From Waddliaceae bacterium (lineage in GTDB: Bacteria; Chlamydiota; Chlamydiia; Chlamydiales; SLFE01): 64,000 bases of DNA. Shown piece by piece: positions 22,674 through 33,003 of the stretch. Position 1 is the first letter of the stretch; each line of letters starts with the position of its first letter. A program made the position numbers and the translations under genes. The notes beneath the pieces were generated by a model. It was not told where the DNA came from and ran no database searches. It saw only the letters and a program-made list of their open reading frames with translations. The DNA lies in assembly GCA_963783885.1 (NCBI GenBank), contig CAWAPJ010000008.1, positions 1 to 64,000 of the forward strand, given 5' to 3'.

Positions 22674-23618
22674 ATGAAGGCAAAATATCGCATTCGCAAC
22701 TGGAACGACTATAACAAATCTCTTATTCAAAGGGGAAGCATAACTGTTTGGTTTTCTGAAGATGCTATCAATAAGTGGATGGCTCCAAAAGAAATAGGAA
22801 AAAAGGGGCGTCCAAAACTCTATTCTGATGACGCTATTCTCACCGCGCTCATTATTCGATCGGTTTTTCATCTTCCATTGAGAGCACTCGAAGGATTTTT
22901 GACATCTCTTGTTATGATTTTATCTGTTGGTTTATCGATTCCTTCTTATACTCAAATTTGTCGGAGAGCTAAGTTGTTGGGGCAAGAGTTGAAGAAACTT
23001 TCGAAAAAAAAAGTCACCAATATTGTAATCGATTCAACCGGTTTGAAAGTGTACGGAGAGGGTGAATGGAAAGTTAGGCAGCATGGAATCAGTAAAAGGC
23101 GAACATGGAGAAAGCTCCATCTGGCAGTCTGCCCTGACTCTCACGAAATTATTTTCGAAATTCTTACTGAAAATAACGTTGCAGATTGTGAAGTGTATCC
23201 AAAACTTCTCGAGGTAATGCCGAAATCAGTTAAGCGCACATATGGAGATGGGGCTTATGATACTAAGCGATGCTATGCTGCAAATGTAGTTCACGGCTCA
23301 ATTCCTATTATTCCACCCAATAGGAATGCTGTTTTTCGAGAAAACATATCTCCTTCTTGGAAGATGCGGAATATCAGTTTGCTGGAAATTTCAGGTTTAG
23401 GAGGTGATGATGATGCAAGAAAATTATGGAAAAAGTTGAAAGGTTATCATCGTCGATCACTTGCAGAAACAGCCATGTTTAGATTTAAACGATTCTTTGG
23501 AAATGATTTAAGAAGTAGAACTCTGGAAACCCAAAGGGCTGAATCAAGGGCAAAATGTGAAGCACTAAATATAATGACAAAGCTGGGAATGCCTGAAAGT
23601 GAATTAATAGCAGCTTAA
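22674..23618 (+). CDS. IS5-family (IS903 group) transposase
   Basis: NW.DYNKSL.QRGSIT, IDSTGLKVYGEGEW, WRKLHL, GDGAYD, GYHRRSLAETAM. Confidence 0.95.
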   Translation: MKAKYRIRNWNDYNKSLIQRGSITVWFSEDAINKWMAPKEIGKKGRPKLYSDDAILTALIIRSVFHLPLRALEGFLTSLVMILSVGLSIPSYTQICRRAKLLGQELKKLSKKKVTNIVIDSTGLKVYGEGEWKVRQHGISKRRTWRKLHLAVCPDSHEIIFEILTENNVADCEVYPKLLEVMPKSVKRTYGDGAYDTKRCYAANVVHGSIPIIPPNRNAVFRENISPSWKMRNISLLEISGLGGDDDARKLWKKLKGYHRRSLAETAMFRFKRFFGNDLRSRTLETQRAESRAKCEALNIMTKLGMPESELIAA

Positions 23619-23847
23619 ATCAAATCTCTCATATTCTCTCTGTGCGCTCTTGTGAGCTCTGTGGTTAATTACGCAACAAAGCCGAAAAAGAATGATATTT
23701 GTTCTTATTTCATTGAATATCAATATCTTTAGTATTTTATTTTAAATATAATTAAATAATTTAGTTTATTTAATACGTTGTTTGTTATAATTATTATATA
23801 ATTATATTTTTAATTTCTAAATTTAAATTGGAAATAAGGGGGAAAGA

Positions 23848-25242
23848 ATGGATATTCATCAAAATTCTAAAACCAGTCCTTTGAACCCTTATCAAAATCA
23901 GGAAAATTCGACAAATAAGCCAGAACAAGGGATAAAAGGCCGCATTTCGAATATTTTCAAAAGATGTTACAAAAAAATAACTCGTTCGTCTTCAATATCT
24001 TCTGGTAAAAAAGTGCGTTCCGGCTCGGTTGGTAGAAGTCGTGTGTCTTCTGTCTCTAAGCATGTATTCGCGAATTTTCGGGGGAAGGAAACTATTTCAG
24101 AGAATGATTTTGATAGAATTATGAATTATGTCAATAAGAATAAGGAAACGCTATTTAAAAAACCCGGTTATTATCGAAAGGAAAAGACAGATTTGCCGAA
24201 TACCATACAGGTTCAGGTCCCTAAAAAAGCAAAAAGTTCCGATGATCTAGTCATTCATGTTCATTTAAAAGATTGGATTAATGAAGGAGCAGAAAAATTT
24301 CTAAAATTATCATTTAGCTATGATATGAAGAATCAAGAAATTCACTATGTCGCTACCGGGACGCCTAGATCAACATCGAAAACTGAAAATCCGGAGCCAA
24401 CACCAAGAGAATTGCTTAAAGCCAAAAGAAGATTTGAAAAAGAGATCGCCATGCTTAAACGGTTTGAAGGTAAAAAGGGCGTTGTTCAGCTCAAGGGGCA
24501 TGCGGTTTATGCCGTTAAAGGATACACAGCTGAGCAGAGACCAAAAGTGAACATGGTTTTTGAAGTAGCTGAAAGTGATCTCTTTGACACCTTAGTAAAA
24601 CTGCATTATGCGGAAGAGAGTGTCAAACAAAAATGGAAGAGAGGTTCAAAAAGGAAACAATATGCTTATAATATTTTGCAGGGGCTTGATAATATCCATA
24701 AGGAAGGAGTGATTCACTTTGATATCAAGCTGGACAATATCTTAATTTGTGAAGGAAAAGCAAAAATCGCGGATTTTGGTTTTGCGGCAGATGAGGCAAA
24801 TCTCAAGAAGAAATTCAGAGGAACGCCGATTTATTTATCCTCTGAGATGCTCAAACTTGTTAAATTTAAATTCGAAGAGGATAAGTATCGCCCAGGCTCT
24901 CAAAAACGTGCTGAAGCAGAATCGTATGTTAGGGAATATGAACGATTAATAGGGAAAAAAACCGATGTTTACAGCACAGGGATTTGTTTGTACTTCTTAA
25001 AGTATCTCGATTTTCCAACATATATTTATAGGAACAAAGATCAAAAAACTGATAGTGATGTTTTGAGACCGGATAATGTCGATGATCATATTAACGAACT
25101 TCACCAGTGGTATGAAAGTTTTCAGCCAGACGATGAGGAGGGGCTTTTGATCAAGGATATGTTAAATCCTGATCCCCGTGAAAGAATCACTGCTGCTAAA
25201 GCGCTTGCCAGGATGAAAAAAATCAAGGGTGAAAAATTATGA
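23848..25242 (+). CDS. Hanks-type Ser/Thr protein kinase-like protein, candidate secreted effector
   Basis: IHFDIKLDN, IADFG, GTPIYLSSE, DVYSTG, DPRERIT; Ser-rich N-terminus. Confidence 0.82.
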   Translation: MDIHQNSKTSPLNPYQNQENSTNKPEQGIKGRISNIFKRCYKKITRSSSISSGKKVRSGSVGRSRVSSVSKHVFANFRGKETISENDFDRIMNYVNKNKETLFKKPGYYRKEKTDLPNTIQVQVPKKAKSSDDLVIHVHLKDWINEGAEKFLKLSFSYDMKNQEIHYVATGTPRSTSKTENPEPTPRELLKAKRRFEKEIAMLKRFEGKKGVVQLKGHAVYAVKGYTAEQRPKVNMVFEVAESDLFDTLVKLHYAEESVKQKWKRGSKRKQYAYNILQGLDNIHKEGVIHFDIKLDNILICEGKAKIADFGFAADEANLKKKFRGTPIYLSSEMLKLVKFKFEEDKYRPGSQKRAEAESYVREYERLIGKKTDVYSTGICLYFLKYLDFPTYIYRNKDQKTDSDVLRPDNVDDHINELHQWYESFQPDDEEGLLIKDMLNPDPRERITAAKALARMKKIKGEKL

Positions 25243-26438
25243 TTGGAAAGGTTTGTTTTCTCGTTCACGATAATCTTTACAACTCCAAAAGAGAGTTCGC
25301 AGCAGGTCTTGAGGGTGCCTTTAAGCGGCTAGGCATTGAGACAAAAACCATCGACATTCGGGATCTGGAGCTGAATAAGGACCAAATATCGGTGCTCTAT
25401 CAATTTGCCCCTAATTTCATGTGTACATTCAATACAATGATGCCGCTGGAGGACGGGACGTTCATCTGGGATGCTTTGGAAACGCCCCATGTCTCCTTTT
25501 TGGTTGATCCGGCGATTTATTACCTCCATTTAACAAAAAGTGATTATTCGGTGATGACCTTTGTCGACCGCAATGATGATGAGATCCTTGCGTCGGCAGG
25601 ATTGAAAACCCGATTTTTCTTTCCCCACGCAGTAGAAAAGTCTCTCGCAGAAGCGCCATTGAAGACAGACCGCTCCTTTGATGTGGTTTTGATGGGAAGC
25701 TGCTATGACCATGAAAGCGTAAGAGCGGCCTGGGAAAGGCAGTATCCGAAGCCTGTTGGAAGGGTAATTGAAGCGGTTATTCAACGAACTTTTGCAGAAC
25801 CTAAATCCTCCTTTGTCCAAATCCTACCCGAGGAGTGGGTTAGAGAGGGGCTTGATCCCAAGAGTGTTGATTTTCAAACGATTTACACTTATATCGATTA
25901 TTATTTGCGCGGATACGACAGGCTGGAGCTTTTGAAAAGCATTAAAGATGTCGACGTGCATGTATTTGGCGATATTTTCTGGCTTGAAGGGAAAAATCTG
26001 AAAGGATGGAGCGAATATTTGTCGGGGATGTCCAATATTACGGTCCATAAACCGGTCCCTTTCAATCAGTCTTATGAAATATTGAAAAATTGCAGAATCT
26101 GTTTGAACAGCACGCCATTTTTCAAAAACGGATCGCATGAAAGACTTTTTATTGGTTTAAGCGCCGGATGCACGGTGCTCACGAGTGAAAATCTTTATCC
26201 TCATGAAGTGTTTGGGGCAAACAAGGGCATCGAATATTACCGTTTTGATCAGAGGGAGCTTGTAGGCGAGTTCATTCAAAACATTTTGTTTGATGAATCG
26301 GCGCGCCTAGAGAAGGTTGCCATCGGTAAAGAAATCGTTAAACGAGACCATACCTGGGACAATCGCGCGGAGCTTTTGCTGCAAATGATGCCCGATATGA
26401 CCTCGGAAATCTTTGCCCGCACAATGAATCCCAATTAA
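25239..26438 (+). CDS. Glycosyltransferase (CgeB/GT1-like)
   Basis: ICLNSTPFFKNGSHERLF...HTWDNRA. Confidence 0.75.
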   Translation: MIGKVCFLVHDNLYNSKREFAAGLEGAFKRLGIETKTIDIRDLELNKDQISVLYQFAPNFMCTFNTMMPLEDGTFIWDALETPHVSFLVDPAIYYLHLTKSDYSVMTFVDRNDDEILASAGLKTRFFFPHAVEKSLAEAPLKTDRSFDVVLMGSCYDHESVRAAWERQYPKPVGRVIEAVIQRTFAEPKSSFVQILPEEWVREGLDPKSVDFQTIYTYIDYYLRGYDRLELLKSIKDVDVHVFGDIFWLEGKNLKGWSEYLSGMSNITVHKPVPFNQSYEILKNCRICLNSTPFFKNGSHERLFIGLSAGCTVLTSENLYPHEVFGANKGIEYYRFDQRELVGEFIQNILFDESARLEKVAIGKEIVKRDHTWDNRAELLLQMMPDMTSEIFARTMNPN

Positions 26439-27259
26439 TGCTCACTCCAGATAAAGCTAAAGTATCTTTTCTGTGCTGGGGTTTCGACAATTTTCAACAG
26501 TTTTTTTGCCAAAATGATGACAAGTGAGTTTTTTTCCTCGTCTTTCGGAAAATAATAATAAAATAGGGGGAAAATACGAGTTTTGATCTTATTAATCTGG
26601 GTTAGGAAATCTTGGGATTTTTCCTGTCCCTTCTTTTTCATTTCTAATGCCAGTTTGCAGCAATCAATGTAATTTTTAACGTTCTGAAATTTTTCGATAT
26701 TTGTTAATTCTCGAGTCAAATGGTTCTCTAAATCTTGAGAAAATTCAAATCCGGTGTGTTTTGTGATTTTTTGCGCTTCATAGATCAGTAGTTTGATATG
26801 CGAAGGCATGTAGGCTTGTTCTAAAATTTCTTTTATAAGATCATAAACTTCATTGCAATCGTCTTTGGAGTGTTGCACTATTTTTTCCGTGAGTTCCTTG
26901 TGGATTAAGGAAAGATTGCAAAAGATTTTATGATTAAAATCGACGTTTTCCGGTTTCCATGTTGAGGTTTTTTTTTGGATTCCATAACACGTGTCAAGAA
27001 AAATAGCTAACTGATCGAAAACAGACTTTTCTTTGATTAAACTCAACATTGTTTGAGGAATGAAAGAATTCTTTGGAAAGATGCGGTGAATTTTGTGGTT
27101 GATAATTTCAGCCTTATAGACATTGTTTTGCAATTCTTGCTGCTGTTCTTTCAACTTTCTTCTGCAGATTTCTTCAAGCTCAGTTCGGATATTTTCGGGA
27201 ATATGAATCTCTTGTTGATTCTGAGTGATCTTGATTTTTATGTCATCAGGCGGCTGCAT
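26435..27259 (-). CDS. Hypothetical protein
   Basis: 274-aa AT-rich ORF, no motif recognised. Confidence 0.65.
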   Translation of the reverse strand: MQPPDDIKIKITQNQQEIHIPENIRTELEEICRRKLKEQQQELQNNVYKAEIINHKIHRIFPKNSFIPQTMLSLIKEKSVFDQLAIFLDTCYGIQKKTSTWKPENVDFNHKIFCNLSLIHKELTEKIVQHSKDDCNEVYDLIKEILEQAYMPSHIKLLIYEAQKITKHTGFEFSQDLENHLTRELTNIEKFQNVKNYIDCCKLALEMKKKGQEKSQDFLTQINKIKTRIFPLFYYYFPKDEEKNSLVIILAKKLLKIVETPAQKRYFSFIWSEH

Positions 27260-27283
27260 AACTTTTCCATGGCATAGGGATGA

Positions 27284-27523
27284 TTATTTTGCAATGTCCT
27301 CAGACTCATTATAAGATGTGCAGATGGGGCATTTGGAAATTCTTTTTTCAATGGCTGCCAAATAAACCTGGCTGCAATACTCGCAAGTCACGAGTTTTTG
27401 TTTAGAGGTGACAACACTCTTTTTTCGAAGGCGGAAATGGCTTGCCAGCCAGATGGAGAGCATGGCGAGTATCGTCAGACCGAGGTAGATCATAACGGCA
27501 GTGTGCGGGGCGAGTTCTATCAT
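27284..27523 (-). CDS. Small membrane-anchored zinc-ribbon protein
   Basis: N-terminal TM, CEYC..CPIC; overlaps upstream stop. Confidence 0.7.
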   Translation of the reverse strand: MIELAPHTAVMIYLGLTILAMLSIWLASHFRLRKKSVVTSKQKLVTCEYCSQVYLAAIEKRISKCPICTSYNESEDIAK

Positions 27524-28167
27524 TTGACTTGTACCTCGAGAATTCCTTTTGTCAGCGTTTGGCTTGGAAGTTGATTTAACTTGATTTGGCTAATGAGAAG
27601 ACCTAGGTCGTCTGCAGGGGAAATCCAGATAATGCTGCCTGTTTTATCGTCGACTGTCACTGAATACTGACTATTTTTTATGGAGCTTGCCTTTAGAGAG
27701 GGAAGAGCTTTTGTCATCGTCCTATGGGCAAGTTTGCCGAGAAGTACAATGGATACTGACGGAGCATTTTTTTCCGGAGGAGGTGGAAGATAAGGAGAAT
27801 TTTTCCTTTGCAATGTCAGAAGCCGGCTTTCTTGGCCAATGAATTTGGTCTGATTGTCTAATGGAAGCCCGGGGAGTCCCGGTTTCTGTTTAGGGCGGGC
27901 AGGCAGTGAATAGAGCGGCTTGGGATCTTCCGGGATGGAAGCGGCAACTTCACCCCGCTCAATTCCCGAAGATTCTAAGGCAACGGAAATCAAGGGAAGA
28001 ATTTTCTTGGACTTAGCTAAGGTTATCGGCTTTACTCTAAAGAGAACAAATGCCGAAAAGTGGAGGACCAAAGCGAGGCCAAGCGAGAAAATAAGGGTTT
28101 TATTCCAGAATTTTTCACGTTGATGAACTTTGAGGGCAAAGTTTTGATCGCGATCAATCGTGAGCAT
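27520..28167 (-). CDS. Hypothetical single-TM, proline-rich protein (possibly TonB/TolA-like)
   Basis: SLGLALVLHF TM with His, Pro-rich linker, in operon with exbB/exbD-like genes. Confidence 0.65.
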   Translation of the reverse strand: MLTIDRDQNFALKVHQREKFWNKTLIFSLGLALVLHFSAFVLFRVKPITLAKSKKILPLISVALESSGIERGEVAASIPEDPKPLYSLPARPKQKPGLPGLPLDNQTKFIGQESRLLTLQRKNSPYLPPPPEKNAPSVSIVLLGKLAHRTMTKALPSLKASSIKNSQYSVTVDDKTGSIIWISPADDLGLLISQIKLNQLPSQTLTKGILEVQVK

Positions 28168-28594
28168 AGGACTCTTCCATTTGATAAATCAGTCTTATCT
28201 TGGGGCAGCACCCCTGTGCAATAGAAAATAGTTTCAGAAACGATCCATAATCGACTCGCCTGTCAACGCTTAAAACGACTGATGGGTTGGCTTTGGGATG
28301 CCGTTTTTTTATTTTTCCGATTTCTTCTTCCAGACGCTGTTTCACTGTTGTCATATCGACAATCGCTTTTTTTGATCCCATATAGATAACGTTTTGGGCA
28401 TCCATAACGACCAGAAGCTGCGTTGTTAGTGGGGAAGAGTCTTCCTTAAGTTTCGGATTTTCAATATTTAAAGATTTTAAGGGGAGGATGTCAGATGTGA
28501 CGATAAAAAAAATCAGCATGAGAAAGACAACATCGACAAGGGGAGTTAAGTCGATTAGGCTAAAGGAACTTTTTAATCGGGTTTGGAATTTCAA
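28154..28594 (-). CDS. exbD: ExbD/TolR family protein
   Basis: IDLTPLVDVVFLMLIFFIV. Confidence 0.88.
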   Translation of the reverse strand: MKFQTRLKSSFSLIDLTPLVDVVFLMLIFFIVTSDILPLKSLNIENPKLKEDSSPLTTQLLVVMDAQNVIYMGSKKAIVDMTTVKQRLEEEIGKIKKRHPKANPSVVLSVDRRVDYGSFLKLFSIAQGCCPKIRLIYQMEESYAHD

Positions 28595-29244
28595 TAGTCG
28601 TCCTCGCTATGTACAAGCAGATCGACCACTTCCGATGATGTGGTCTGAATTTCAAGGATGAAATTTTCTATACGGCTCACAATATAATTATAAGCGATAA
28701 CGCAGGGTATGGCCACGACAAGTCCGGCAGCAGTGGTGATGAGCGCATACTCCATCGCCTCGCCTATGCGTGTGGCGGATATGTCGACAAGGCCGCTTAG
28801 TCTCATTTCAGCGAAGGCTTGGATAAAGCCAAGAACTGTTCCAAGCAGCCCGATCAGGGGGGCGACATGGGCGAGTATGGATAATATTTTGGCGTTTTTT
28901 TCCAGTTTGGAGATTTCCATGAGTCCGGCAATTTCCATAGCGTTTTCAATATCGCTTTGACTGCGGTTGTGTTTGCATATGCCATGTTTGATAATATTGG
29001 CAATCGCCCCGCCGGTGGTTTCGCAAAGCTGAATGGCTGAGACCATATTTTTTTCCCTGATAATAGGTCTTAGCTGAATAATAAACTGATTTGTGTCGAT
29101 TTCGGATTTTCTGAGAAAGAGGATTCTTTCTACAAAAATAGTCACGCCGACGATGGAACATAAAAGGATAATCAGCAAAATAATATTCCAATTGGCGTTG
29201 GAAGTAAAAATATCAAAATAATTTAAAATGATGGTGTTAATCAT
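28591..29244 (-). CDS. exbB: MotA/TolQ/ExbB proton channel family protein
   Basis: APLIGLLGTVLG, ALITTAAGLVVAIP. Confidence 0.88.
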   Translation of the reverse strand: MINTIILNYFDIFTSNANWNIILLIILLCSIVGVTIFVERILFLRKSEIDTNQFIIQLRPIIREKNMVSAIQLCETTGGAIANIIKHGICKHNRSQSDIENAMEIAGLMEISKLEKNAKILSILAHVAPLIGLLGTVLGFIQAFAEMRLSGLVDISATRIGEAMEYALITTAAGLVVAIPCVIAYNYIVSRIENFILEIQTTSSEVVDLLVHSEDDY

Positions 29245-31858
29245 AAACCTGTAATTTTTCCTTTGCTTTTATTGCCCATTCTCCCTGTTGTTTTGCCAGG
29301 GCTTCTAATTGTCTTAAGGCAAGTTCTTTTCTTCCTTGACTTTCATAAATGTTTGATCTTAAAAACATGGCCTTTAACCGCTGGGTTGAGGCGACATCCT
29401 GATTGATGACATGGGACAAGATCTTCATGGCCATCTCGTCATTGCAACGATCAAGATAACATAAACTTTGCTGAATCCAAATATCTAGCAATTGATCCGA
29501 AGTGACAACCTTGCCCTTTGCCGCATCTTCGGCCTGCCGCAATAGATCGAGGGCTTTTAATGTCTGGCCGCGTCGTTTTTCAATCATGGCCGCTTCGTAA
29601 TACACAAGGGACAGGTAATAACCTCTCGTAATTTTAGATTTTCGATATTCTTTTTGCATTTCCGATAAAATTGTTTCGGCTTCTCTGTCTTCATGCATTT
29701 TAATATGCGCTATGGCCAGGTGATATTCGCACTCTTCTAAAAGGCTTGGATAAGGGCCCGCTGCTGCCATAAAGCTGCTTTGCTTAAGTTCCTTTATCAT
29801 TCCTTGGAGCAAGTCTTTTGCGTATTCCAAATAAATCTTCAGTTTAGTCCCTTTGCTGCTCTCGGCAATTTGCATATAAGTCAGGGCTCTTTCAATGGCG
29901 GCATGGCACCGCAGGGTATAAAAGTATTGCTGCTGCTCCGATAGGGACCCTTTATCATGAAACACGCTGTAGATCGTTTCGGCATGTTGAAACATTTCCA
30001 GAGCCTTGGCCGGATCTTTGGGCCTCGATAAGTTGCCTGAGCTTGTGCGGCGGTCTCGTTTGAGGTCCATCCCAAGCAGATAATAGGCTTCGATGCACCA
30101 AGGGGATTCGGGAAACCTGTCCGGCATGCCGGCCAAGTGGTCGATGGCCTCCTTTTCGCCCATAATATATCTTTGCCCGGGATAGTAGGAAAGATAAGCT
30201 TCGGCAGCAAGGGGGGAGAGGGGGTAACTTTCGAAGAGCTTTTTTTTGATATCCTGATTTGAGAAGCACTCAGCGGCAAAAAAAAGGGCCTCCGGGGCTT
30301 TTTGATGCTCGGGGTTCTTTTCGGCAAACTTCAGAAATATTTTTTCCGCAATCTCAAGACGATTGTTTTGAAAGTGCAGCGCTCCCAGAGTAAACAACGC
30401 TTCTATTGCTGCCGGAGTCCGATCGTATTCAATCGCTTTTTCAAAAGATTCAACGGCTAAATCGGGATCGAGGTCAAAGGCGGCGAGACCTCTGAGATAG
30501 AAAATATCATCGAGGTTGGGGAGGTTTAGGTCATTTTGTGAAAGAATGGCGGCAATCAGTTTAATCGCGTTTTCATTCGATTTTTTTGTCTTGCGGGCAA
30601 GTAGAGCCTGCAGATGCGATTTAAGTGCCAGCCCGGCAAAATGCTTATTAACGTTTAAACAATGCTTCCACACAATTTCAAACTCGCAGCAAGCGCGGTT
30701 TAAAGCTTCGGGCGCACAGTGCTTTTCTCCGTATTTCAAATCATTCAACCCCCTTAAATACCAACCCTTCAAAACATAAGGGGAGTTGATATTTTCCGCG
30801 GTGAGAAGTCGATAGAGCCTGTCTTTTTCCTCATAGGTTAGAGCAAGCTGGGCCTGTAAAATGAGGGCCTTTGTTTTGTTTTCTTTTCCAATGGACTCAA
30901 TATCGCTTAGAAGCTCGTTGGTTCTTTGGAGGCAAACAGGATCACCAAGCAAATTATGAGTAACCAGGTAGTAGTGGGCTAAAAAAATAGTAGAAGGGCT
31001 TTGCTTTCTCAAAAGGTCTTTTAATGGCTGATGAAGCTTATGCCAATAATGGATTCGTTTAGAGGGATTTAACTTAAAGTCATCTGCCAGAATCAGAAAT
31101 GCCTCTAATTCTGCCTCCAAAAGTTCGAAATCATAGGAATTTACGCGGTTTTTAGCTTCAGAAAAATAATCGAGTGCTTCTTGATATTGGCCTCGGTTGA
31201 CCGTAATTTCCCCCATTAAAAGGGCATATTCATATAATTCGGTGTCATGATAGACATTTTCTCTTAGAATGCGTTCGGCTCTGTCTAGATTTCCCTGTCT
31301 GATAAATACTTTCGCAAGAGCCAGTAAAATCCTCTTGTTGGCCTCTTTTTCTGCTAAACGGGAGAGTATGGAGGCGGATTCATCGAGTTTTCCCGCTTTA
31401 AACTCGATGTCGGCAAGTTCATAGAGAGCTTCATTCCTTTTTTTTACATTCTCTTTTTCCAGATACTTTTTAAATGAGCTTCTGGCGAGGTCAATCTGAT
31501 CTAAGTCCTTGTAAGACAGTCCTAAAAGATAATAAGTTTCAGGAATTTTACTGAGGGTGATTTTGTGTTTCAACAAGTCGATTACTTTCTCGTCGTCATC
31601 CATGAGATAATACAAAGAGGCCATTCTATATCGGAGATTTGGAGATATTTTGTTTTTTAACTGCGATGCCATTTCATACCGGATTAAAGCTTCAGGAAGC
31701 GCCCCTTCCTCATAGAGTCTATGGCCCTGTTGAATTAGCTCTTTATGACTCTTTTTCAGTGACTTAGGGTCTGTTCTTATGGGGTTGTTTTCAGAGGCGG
31801 ACAAGGCAAAAACTTGCACAAACATCAAGTAAAGAATCATTTGATAAAAAACACTCAT
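29237..31858 (-). CDS. Tetratricopeptide-repeat protein with signal peptide
   Basis: Repeated helical TPR-like motifs (YYLLGL, ALYELA, EALFTLG). Confidence 0.8.
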   Translation of the reverse strand: MSVFYQMILYLMFVQVFALSASENNPIRTDPKSLKKSHKELIQQGHRLYEEGALPEALIRYEMASQLKNKISPNLRYRMASLYYLMDDDEKVIDLLKHKITLSKIPETYYLLGLSYKDLDQIDLARSSFKKYLEKENVKKRNEALYELADIEFKAGKLDESASILSRLAEKEANKRILLALAKVFIRQGNLDRAERILRENVYHDTELYEYALLMGEITVNRGQYQEALDYFSEAKNRVNSYDFELLEAELEAFLILADDFKLNPSKRIHYWHKLHQPLKDLLRKQSPSTIFLAHYYLVTHNLLGDPVCLQRTNELLSDIESIGKENKTKALILQAQLALTYEEKDRLYRLLTAENINSPYVLKGWYLRGLNDLKYGEKHCAPEALNRACCEFEIVWKHCLNVNKHFAGLALKSHLQALLARKTKKSNENAIKLIAAILSQNDLNLPNLDDIFYLRGLAAFDLDPDLAVESFEKAIEYDRTPAAIEALFTLGALHFQNNRLEIAEKIFLKFAEKNPEHQKAPEALFFAAECFSNQDIKKKLFESYPLSPLAAEAYLSYYPGQRYIMGEKEAIDHLAGMPDRFPESPWCIEAYYLLGMDLKRDRRTSSGNLSRPKDPAKALEMFQHAETIYSVFHDKGSLSEQQQYFYTLRCHAAIERALTYMQIAESSKGTKLKIYLEYAKDLLQGMIKELKQSSFMAAAGPYPSLLEECEYHLAIAHIKMHEDREAETILSEMQKEYRKSKITRGYYLSLVYYEAAMIEKRRGQTLKALDLLRQAEDAAKGKVVTSDQLLDIWIQQSLCYLDRCNDEMAMKILSHVINQDVASTQRLKAMFLRSNIYESQGRKELALRQLEALAKQQGEWAIKAKEKLQVYD

Positions 31859-32184
31859 ACTTTATCCCATCTATTTAATAGCAAGAACTTTAAATTCCAT
31901 TTATCCGCTCTTGACTTCCAGAAAAAGTTCCATTTTTTTTTCCATTTTTGAACTGCTTGAAAAGCCTACAATATATAAAAAAAATAAAAAAATCACACAA
32001 AAGAATCTCATTGATTCGCTACTGGAAATACAGGGAAATACATATTTGCACATCGTTTTGGGAAGGTTTTTTTTGAAATAGAAAGAAAAATTAAAAAATA
32101 ATTCAAAAAAATCTTGCAGAAATTCTGTAAAGTGAATTATTCAGAGAATTAGCTATGCAACTCAAATTTAGAAGGAGTTCTAAC

Positions 32185-32979
32185 ATGGCATTAGCAACCA
32201 TCCAAAAAAATATGCAGGATCTTCTTTCCACAATCGCGGACGATCTTGCCAAAGCTGCGCGTTCCGGGAACAAAGCCGCATCGCAGCGAGTTAGAACTGG
32301 AACAATCAAGCTGGAAAAGCTTGCAAAGCAGTTCCGCAAACAGTCAGTTAAGTCCAAGAGGTCGTCAACTGGCGCCAAAAAGAAAAAATCTGCAAAAAAG
32401 AGTAAAGGGGTTAAAAGAAAAACTATGAAAAAAACAGCTAAAAAGAAAACAGTGGCTAAGAAAAAGCCTGCTGCTAAGAAAAAGACAGCTGCCAAGAAAA
32501 AGACAGCTGCCAAGAAAAAGACAGCTGCTAAGAAAAAGACAGCTTCTAAGAGAAAGCCTGCTGCCAAGAAAAAGACAGCTTCTAAGAGAAAGCCTGCTAA
32601 GAAAAAGACAGCTGCTAAGAAAAAGCCTGCTAAGAAAAAGACAGCTGCTAAGAAAAAGCCTGCTAAGAGAAAAGCTGCTAAGAAAACTACAGCAAAGAAA
32701 AAGCCTGCTAAGAGAAAAGCTGCTAAGAAAACTACAGCAAAGAAAAAGCCTGCTAAGAGAAAAGCTGCTAAGAAAACTACAGCAAAGAAAAAGCCTGCTA
32801 AGAGAAAAGCTGCTAAGAAAACTACAGCTAAGAAAAGACCTGCTAAGAGAAAAGCTGCGAAGAAAACTACAGCAAAGAAATCAGCTAAGCGTAAGACAAC
32901 ACGTGCAAAGACAAGCACTCTTTCACAACGTCGTCCTACTGCTAAGCTTCCCACACGCCGTCGCGCTGCCGCAAGATAA
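32185..32979 (+). CDS. hctA: Histone H1-like nucleoid protein Hc1 with extended K/A repeat tail
   Basis: MAL....M.DLL...GNKAASQRVRT.TIKLEK Hc1 N-terminus; AAGGAG SD before ATG 32185. Confidence 0.85.
   Translation: MALATIQKNMQDLLSTIADDLAKAARSGNKAASQRVRTGTIKLEKLAKQFRKQSVKSKRSSTGAKKKKSAKKSKGVKRKTMKKTAKKKTVAKKKPAAKKKTAAKKKTAAKKKTAAKKKTASKRKPAAKKKTASKRKPAKKKTAAKKKPAKKKTAAKKKPAKRKAAKKTTAKKKPAKRKAAKKTTAKKKPAKRKAAKKTTAKKKPAKRKAAKKTTAKKRPAKRKAAKKTTAKKSAKRKTTRAKTSTLSQRRPTAKLPTRRRAAAR
32650..32874 (+). repeat. 45-bp coding tandem repeat x5 (KKKPAKRKAAKKTTA)
   Basis: Seen directly in DNA and protein; preceded by shorter KKKTAA/KKKPA repeats. Confidence 0.9.
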
Positions 32980-33003
32980 TCTTGGCAAATTTTCACAAAT
33001 TAT

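Larger units (their letters stand above)
22120..23683 (+). mobile_element. IS5/IS903-type element with GxxExxY passenger gene, copy 1
   Basis: IRs GGCGTTGTTGCATAA / GGCTTTGTTGCGTAA; 9-bp TSD GAAAAAGAA on both sides. Confidence 0.93.

Noticed and set aside
32103-32996. 297-aa hydrophobic minus-strand ORF
   Set aside because: Shadow of the Lys/Ala repeat of hctA
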